54,593 nt of DNA from a virus (lineage: Duplodnaviria > Caudoviricetes). Position numbers and translations under genes: made by a program. The notes beneath the pieces were generated by a model. It was not told where the DNA came from, searched no databases, and saw nothing but the letters and a program-made list of their open reading frames with translations. Within the stretch, counting starts at the first letter, position 1. Each line of letters begins with the position of its first letter. The stretch covers positions 1 through 54,593 of IMG/VR virus record IMGVR_UViG_3300025769_000151. One strand, written 5' to 3'. Positions 9,588 through 18,500 of the stretch are shown piece by piece.

Positions 9588-12500
9588 ATGAACGAACAGG
9601 CACTACAGGACGCCTACACTCTGTTCCAAGGAGCAGGATACGGCAAGTCGTTTGACGAGTTTGTTAATTTGATTAACACCAACGACCAAGCCCTCGGGGA
9701 CGCCTACCAGTTGTTCCAAGACAGCGGCTATGGCAAAAGCCTCGATGAGTTCAGCACCTTGATGGGTGTAAAAAAAAAAGACGATACGTCGGTATCGGTT
9801 GCTCAGCCGGAAGAGGTTTCTACGGAATCTACCTCAGCTACGGCTCCTCCACCGGAACAAGAGTCTGGAGATTCGGATTCAGTTCTAGCCCAGCCTGAGC
9901 TAACACAGCCCGAGCTTACAGAGCAACAACTCGCTGACCTTCAGCGTGCGGCACAAGCCATCGACCCCAACGTCGAGACGCAGACGCCATACATGCAGGT
10001 CAACGACTTCAACGCATCGCTGCCAAGGTTTGGCACTACTGTTGAGGACGCGATTGCCGCTGTTGCTGACGCCCCTAATGAAGCGCGACGCCTAGGGTTC
10101 GAGACTCCGGAACAGCAAAACACTTTCTTTGAGGGTGAGCTTGCGGACGTTCTTCTCGACATGGATGGCATCGAGAAGGAGAAACTGTCTAGGGTTGCAG
10201 GTGGAGAGTCTTTCTTTATGCAGGAAGAGAAAGCCAATGCTGCACTGGCTGTAGATGAGGAGTTTCAGCGCCTTGCTGAAGAGTCCGCTAAGGGGCTTAT
10301 GCTCATTGAAGATGACATGACCAAAATCCTTACTGGTCAAGTTGTAATGGCAGGCGACCTCACTGTCGAAGACAGAGTCAAAGACTTGAAGGAGCAGTAC
10401 ACTCAGGAGCTTCCGCCCGAGTTCAGGGAGCGCGTAGAGCGCATGGACCTATCTGAGTTTGCCGACTACACCGTGAAGAACGCTATGGACAGGGACTTTG
10501 CTGCCGCACTGGTAGGCATGTCTAGTCTTGAAACGTACGACCTTGAGGCCAAGGTTGGCCGAATGTCGGGTGCATACATGGCTCTCGGGAACGCGGAAGA
10601 GCTTGAGGAAGGCAGCTACTACGGCAAGAGACTAGGTATTTCTTGGAAGGACTTTGGTATTGCAGACTACAAGGGCCTGATGTTTGGATTGGGCAAAGCC
10701 CGTGTCGAACAGGATGACTTAGCAATCGCCAAGATTGATTCTGTGATTGACAACTACGGAGCCGCTGGTATGACTGAAGAGCAGTACGAGGAGTTCGGCT
10801 CACTTGTTTACGACCCAATCGTCAGCAAAAAAATCACGGAGATGTCTGACGAGCCGCTCAGAGATTTGACGTTCTTCAATCCTGAGCAGGCACGTAACCA
10901 TCGTATTGAGCTTGGTAAAACCATGTTTCAGTCGATTGCTCCTGATAATTTGCGAGAGCTGAGAAAGAGTCTTGCTCGTCGTAAGGAGGACAACATTGAC
11001 TTCGCTGAGCTTTACGCAAGGGACTACAACTACAACGGAGGCTTGAAGGACACCATGTCTCAGCTTCTTGACGCTAGAGTTCTTACAGAAGAACAGGCCA
11101 AGAAGAGTGCTTGGGGCAACTTCCTTGATGGAGACTATGAGGCTTGGGCCGTTCAATCTTTTGGCTTTACTGCAGACCTCCTTCCAGACATGACTAAGGC
11201 TGTGGCCCTGAACTACATCGGTGGTCCCAACCTTATGGCCGCTGCCTTTGGACTTGACGCTGGGTCTTCTACCATTGGTGAGTACGCCTCTAGGCCAGAG
11301 GTAAGCGGGGTTGAGGCAATAGAGATAGGATTCCGTGCGGGTATGATTGAGGGTGGGGTTACCAGAATGTTCCCCGGCCTTCAAAACCTGCAGGCTGGAG
11401 CGGTCAAGAAGGGTATCGACCTGACTAAAGACATTGTTTCTGCATCTAGCAGAAAGGCTCAGAGAGAAGCCATCCGCAAGGGGGTAAAGAAAATCTTTGC
11501 CTCTGAACCCGGTAGAGCTATAAAAGACTGGGGCAAGGAGGGTCTTGAAGAAGGAACTATCGCATTCCTCGACCAATGGAACAGAGTTACTTCAGAGGTT
11601 GCGTCAGGCAGAATGAATCCGCAAGAGGCGTTTGATGAGTACTGGAACATGGGCGCTATCGGAGACGCGTTCTGGGCAGGATTCCTCGGCGGTGGTGTGG
11701 GTGCATCTCCCTTTGTCGCGGCTCGGGGTATGAGTTCCGTAGGTTCTAAGTTCACACTCTTTGATAGACTTGAGCTCAAGGATAGAAAAACGTACCTCCT
11801 TGAACAGCTCGAGAGAGGCGACCTTACTGACGACCAGAAAAAAGACTTCCGTGCTCAGCTTACCAAGGTTCACGAGGACGCCAACAGGCTGGCTCGAAAG
11901 GACGTAGAGTTCTATTCTCAGATGGAGAACGAAGACATGACGGAGATTATCCGGTTGAATCAGGAAATTTCCAAGAAGCGTCAAAGAGCAAGAAATCTTG
12001 CAAGAGCAGAGGGGCGGACGAATCAGACCCAACTGGATGCGCTGGCCAATGACGTGCGCAGTCTGATGACTCAGAAGCTAGAGATTGAGAACAAGTACGA
12101 GGCAGCTAACGCTGGATTCGACATGGACGTAGAGGCGCAAACTCGTAACAACAAGGAGGTCGAAAGACTTGTGGACGACATCATGAATGTGGACCGCAAG
12201 TGGGACGACGTAACAGAAGGGCAGGGCAATACAGGTGCGGGTAAGATTGTCTTAACTGACAACAACTCAGACACGATTCTATCTCGTCTTCTCGCTCAGG
12301 GCATCAAGGGTACTAGGTTCGCCACAGCAGAACAGATTCGTGACGGCATCGTGGGAGCGTTCAACATGGCCAAGGCAATCAAGGCAGACAACCCTGACGC
12401 CGAGGTTATCTTGGTCAACAGCAAGGAGGCGTTTAGGCGCGAGGTTGCTAAGGCAGGGAAGGTGTCGCCAAGCAAAGTGAAGCTTTCTCGAGGGATGCAC

Positions 12501-15500
12501 ATATCTAGGGACGGCGGTACTGTAGTTCTCTATGCCCCAGCTCTCAAGTCAAACACAGGATACCACGAGGGATTTCACCAATCGGTGTACCGTCAGATGC
12601 TCAAGGATGGTGTAAATCGTGGCGAAGCTATGATTCGTTTGGCATCTGCCTTGCGCAGAGGCATGACCAAAGCGCAACTTGCCAAGTACGGCAACTTCGT
12701 AAACCAATACGGTAACGTATCTGAGGCGCTCAAGGCTGAGGAGTTTTTGGCTGAGGTGTTTAGTGACATGGCCGATGGAGAAATCGACATTCAATTCCAC
12801 AAGGGAATCGTAAGCGGTTTTGCAAGTTTTGTGAAGCAAGCGCTTAGCGCAAAGGGGGTCAAGATGACCAACACACCTGTGCTCCAAGACGTAGCCAACG
12901 GTCTTCGTGACGCAGCAGAGTACTTCTCAGAGGGCGAAGGAGGCGCTCAGGGGGCCCTTGGTGCCGTTTTAGAAGCATCAGGTAGGCTCAGACCCGGATT
13001 GGGTATAGAAGGTGTCTTAAACAGGCGCGAATTGCGTCGTCACAGAAACGCTCAGACCAGAGCTCAGGCGCATCAGCAGTCAGATGACCTCGATTCTACC
13101 GTAAAGGCACAGGACAGACTCAACGAACCCAGTGTTCTGGGTGACTGGACCAAGGATGCACTGACGTTTGATGCCAATGGCAACGTCAAGCTGCTCCACG
13201 TGGGGCCACAGAACTTAGAGGGTGGGTTCATTGACCCGCGTAGATTCGGTCAGCAGCCATACACCACCGACCAGCGTGGTGACAAGGTTGCGATGTTCTA
13301 CGCCAAGCCTGAGGACCAAGAGAGCATGGTGAGAGGCCGGGCCTACGAGGCTACGGTGCCGCCGCAAATGCTGTACGACTTGTTCAAGGACCCACTCAAC
13401 TTTTACGACACAGCACTCAAGGCGTTTAGGGATGCAGGTAACGTCGTTGCTTTCGATGGCAACAGACAGGCAGAGTGGATTGGGTACGAGGCTCGCAAGC
13501 AGGGCTTCGATGGCATGGTTACCAAGTGGCGCAACACTGCGCGTGTGGACATGTGGGTTCCTGTACGTCCCGATGAGAACGGCGGGTACTCACCTGCTGG
13601 TACCAAGATGACAGAGGCCGACATCTCCCCTGCCAAGAACAACGAATACGCTGTGGCTGCTATCGCAAAGAATATGCGGGAGGCAATCGCGGCGCACAAG
13701 GAGAAAGGCACGGGGGTGGACGGTCAGACAACACCACTGAAAGAGGAGACCATCCAGCGCATGATGGACGAAGGCACTACGTTCTACGTCGGCAACAACA
13801 GACTCAGCTCGGGCGTCGTGTCCTACGTGGACAAGGACGGCTACATGGGTGGACTCACTAAGCATCCAGACGTACCACTTCGTGGGGTGCAGGCTGAGAT
13901 GCTGCGTAAGCGTATCGAGGATGGGGGTAACCACCTCGAGTGCTTCGACACCTACCTTGTAAAAAACAACATTGCTGCAGGCTTTGTCCCTGTGGCTAGA
14001 ATCCCATTCGATGTAGATAGGGCTCCCGAAGGATGGGACGCACCTAACTCAACCCTGCGTGACAAACCAGACCTAGTGTTCATGGCGTACGACCCTGCGG
14101 CTGCTGCTGATGCAAAGCCCGGGGACGGCGTCAGGGCCAAGTCCTACGACGAGGGTCTTGCCATGGCTCGCTCCAGAGGGGAGGGTAATCAAAGCACGGG
14201 CGACCTTCTTAAAAGTCAACTCACTTCGTTTGATGAAGGCGATGCTGCAGCTATCAAGGATAATGACGGCGAGGCCATTGGCACCTTTTATGAGCTTCTC
14301 AACTCTAAGGCCAGAAAGCTAGGAGGGGTTTCTTCCATCTACAGATACAGAGGACTGATGGCGGGATTCAGTCAGGGAAGAATGGTTTACGTTGACGAGC
14401 AAGTCACCAAGCGCCCCAACGGAGAACCAGACAGACACATTGAGTTCGTGTTCAGGCCTCTTGACACTGGCAGAATACTTGACGAGCAGCTTGCTGGAAG
14501 ACAGCCGGGCGAGGATGCAAGGCCAATCCCACAAAAAATGAGGGAGGGGCGCGTGATTAAGCTTGATGAGTGGTTTGTGACTAAGGCCTTAAACGAGGAC
14601 TTCAAGCCTATCAAGGGAGCTGACAACAGAGGAAGCGGTCTCGGCACTCGGTTCATGAATTTAGTTATGGAAACTGCAGATGAGCTTGACATTGACATCG
14701 AGCTCATGGCCTACCCTACAAAGAACTATCAAGGTACAGAGCAGCAAAATCGAAAGGCATCTGACAGGCTGAAGGCTTACTACCAAAAGTTTGGATTTGT
14801 TTCTAGCAGCAAGTACAGCGACACGATGGTTCGTGTGGCTCGCACAAACCTTGACCAGCTTAGCCCTGCAGAAGACCAAGCCACTCAAGAGCTTGCACTT
14901 GGCAAGGACGGAGTGCCGGACATCGAGTTGTTTACCTTCTTCTCTTCTGCTGTAGAAAGGCTGCAAGACTTCAGGGAGGAGCAATCCATGACTCGGGAGG
15001 AGATTGAGCAAGCAAGGGCAGAAGATAGGGAGTTTAACGCGCAGTTCCAGTTTAAGCCGGAGCCAGACGAGAAGTACCTCCAGACAAGAGACAAGGAGAT
15101 GAAGGCTGACGACTTGGCCGAGCTCGACGTACTGTTCCCGGGCATGACCCCTGAGCAGATTAGAGAGGAGTACATCGCTGCGTTTGGACCCACTACCAAA
15201 GCTCAGGCCATCGAGGCCACCATCCAGTTCGATACAGACACGGGTCGGAAGTGGACGGTGCGTAGAAAGTTTACGGACGAGAAGCACGTCAAGAACTTCA
15301 TCAACTACATTGAGAAGAAGAAGGGCTACACGTTCGACGAGAGATGGAATCACGACACGCCGCCTGATGTCGACCCACCTGAGGTTACTGGAGTCACCAA
15401 GGCACAGCAACTGGCGGTTGACGCCATCAACTCAGAGACACCGGGTGAACTGACGCAGAGCATTCAAGTAGCTCGCGCACTCAACAAGTTTGCAGGTGAG

Positions 15501-18500
15501 CCTGTGAAGAGTGAGGGCGAGATGATGACGCGCTTCCTCAACAACGTGTACGAGGAGGCCGGATTCTACCTGAACCAAAAGGATGCACGCACTGGCGGTA
15601 TCACGTGGTACACCGAGGACATTCAGGAGGCCAAGAAGAAGATGGGGATTATGTTCCCTGCTCTGCAAGGCGAAGCCATGGGTAGCATCGGCACAGCGTT
15701 GCTTGCTGTACTCTCTCCGGGCAACAGCCCTATCGGCAATATGACTACGCTGGCTGCCGTACTGCGCAACACGCCTGTTGACCAAATGCGCTCAGGCAAC
15801 TTCTCCCGCAACTGGGGAGGAGACAAGATGAGCTTCGTTGACAAGAAGGGCAAGTCAGTAGCGTCAGGCAGAGTTGTTAAGGAAACCAAAACGCACTTCA
15901 TCGTTCAGGGTGTAGATGCCTTGGGGCGAGACAGCAAGTACAGAAACGGACAGAACTTCCGCGTCAAGATTGCCAAGAAAGACATGAAGGCCGGATACCC
16001 CAAGCCTACTGGCTACACCACTAGGGGTAGGATTGTGGCCAAGCAGCTTGACAAGATTCAGTCTTTGTTCGAGAGATTTAAGACACCTGAGGCTGTGGTT
16101 AAGTTCCTTACGACAGACCAGCCAATCGGGGTGCTCAGGGAGTTCAGCAAGTCTGTGCCTGACAGCAAGGGCAAGGTGAACAAGAACCCTGCACCCGGTC
16201 GACGCAAGGGGGCGTACATCTTCGGAGAGAAGGTGGGTAGCTTCTTCCTGAACATGGAAGGCTTGGGTGAGTCGCTGACATCTGACCTGTGGTTCAACAG
16301 AACTTGGAATAGATACGCAGGCACTATGATTGACACGGTCAACGGCAAGGAGACCATCGTCGAGGTTCCTCGTAGCGAATCGGAGCGTAGGCTTCAGGCC
16401 GAAGCTGTAACTCAGGCAGCCAATGAGCTTGGACTGACTACTGCAGAACTGCAGGCAACCATGTGGTACTTCGAGCAAGAGCTGTGGAGGAGCATGGGGG
16501 CAAACACACGGAGTGAAAACTATGCGATGGCGATTGACAACGTCGCCTCGAGAATGGACCTAGACAATGATACAAGACAAAGACTTGCGGCAGCTGGAGT
16601 CAACCTTGACGCGGCTGAAGCAAAACGGGAAACTGCCGTCAGTAGAGCAGATTCTAAAGGCATTGAGAAATACCGCGCCCCGCAAGAGCCCGGCACAGAA
16701 ATAAAGGCCCAACCGATAACCTCAGTCACCGACCCAGATGGCCCGAGGTTTACGGACTTCAAGGGTGTGTGGGGAGCTATCGCTAACGCGGGCATCCTCA
16801 TGCACGGCACCCCAGCGAACTTTGCCAAGTTCGACAACGACCTTGCGTTTGGACCTACCATCCCCGGACTCTACGGCAACGGCACGTACCTGACTAGGAA
16901 TGTAGACAAGGCCGCCATGTATGGCAAGAACGTCATCTTCATTGACGGTCAGGGCCTGAACCTAGCCAACATGTACAGCTTTAGGCAAGGTGCTAGAGTT
17001 ACCACTGCACTCAATAGGCTGAACCAACTAGGACCACAGAGCTACGAAATACACAAGAAGATTGCCATGGATGCCCGTAGAGGCATGGCTCAAAGACCCA
17101 ACTCTCCACTGGGATTCAGGTCTGAGGTTGGCAAGAACCCTGAGATACTTGTAGAAAGGATTATTGCCGAGACGGTGAAGCAGATGCAGGATACAAACAA
17201 CCAGCTTGGCTCCGGCAGAACAACCATCGAGACCCTGCGTAACGTCATGTACGGCGACAACGGCAAGCCGGGTGTTGCTGTCAAGGCGATGATTGACTTC
17301 CAAAGAGAAGTTAACAGATTGAGATACGAGGGCATGGACCCTGTAGAGGCGCAGATGAAGGCACTGGGCGATGGCCTAGGAAACAAGGATGCCATTGACG
17401 ATGCCATGGCGATTGCGAGATACACGTTTGCAGAAATCGTACGTCAGGCAGGATTCGATGGCTACTACTTCTCCGCCGAGATGGACAGGGGTTATCAGGG
17501 TATTGAGCGCAGAGCCAAGGAGGGCAAGCTTGAGACAAGAGAGCAGCAGGAGATGAAGCTCGAGGCGCTGGAGATTGCAGGCACCGACGGAGGTTTCGCA
17601 CAAGAAGCTATCATCGTCAACACCGACAGGCTCAATGACTTGATTATCCCAGCAGAGAATGTAATCGCTGCTGCAGTCAGTAGGATTACCGCAGAGGAGA
17701 GCACGATTGACCAAGGCGGACAGATGGGCAACAACGGTGTCATCAACGATGGTATGCGTGACTCCCAGAATCTCCTCAAGGCCCAGCCATTGCAAGGATT
17801 CCTCGACGACTACGACGCCGACATGGACACCCTACGCGGTGAGAAGCCACCAGCCCGTATCGACAGAGAGGCAGAGATGGGTAAGGTGCAGCGTGCTATG
17901 CTCGGCATCATGGAGTTCGTGTACGACAAGTTCTACAGAGCCATCCGCTACCAGCGCGACATCGAGAAGGCTATCGGTGGCAGCGTGATGCAGGAGCAAG
18001 ACTACGCCATGGCGCTGTCACTGCTTGACGGTAAGGCTTCGCGTAGGTTGCAGAGTGTGGACATGTTCATGGAGGACTTGGCTGCAGTCATGAATAAGTT
18101 CGGCATCTCGCACAAGGAGCTGAGCGACTTCCTGTATGCTATGCACGCAGAGAATCGTAACGCTGTACTGCGCGAGCGATTCGGTAACAAGAAGAAGTCA
18201 ATCACTGACTCTATCGCACAGCAAGCAGCACTCATCAACGATGAGAACAGCTCGGATGCTGTCAAACGCAAAGCCTCCAAGAAGCTTGCTGACCTGCAGG
18301 AAGAGCTGGCTGACGTAGAGGCTAGACTTGAGAACGACAACTTCTCAGGTAAGACCGACGAGCAGGCACGTAGGGAGATTGAAGAGCTGGATGGTGAGGG
18401 TATGCGTCAGGCCTACGACATGGTGATGGAGTTCCAAGCAGAGACCCGCAAGCTGATTGTGGAGTACGGAATGGAGACGCAGGCTACTGTCGATAAGCTC

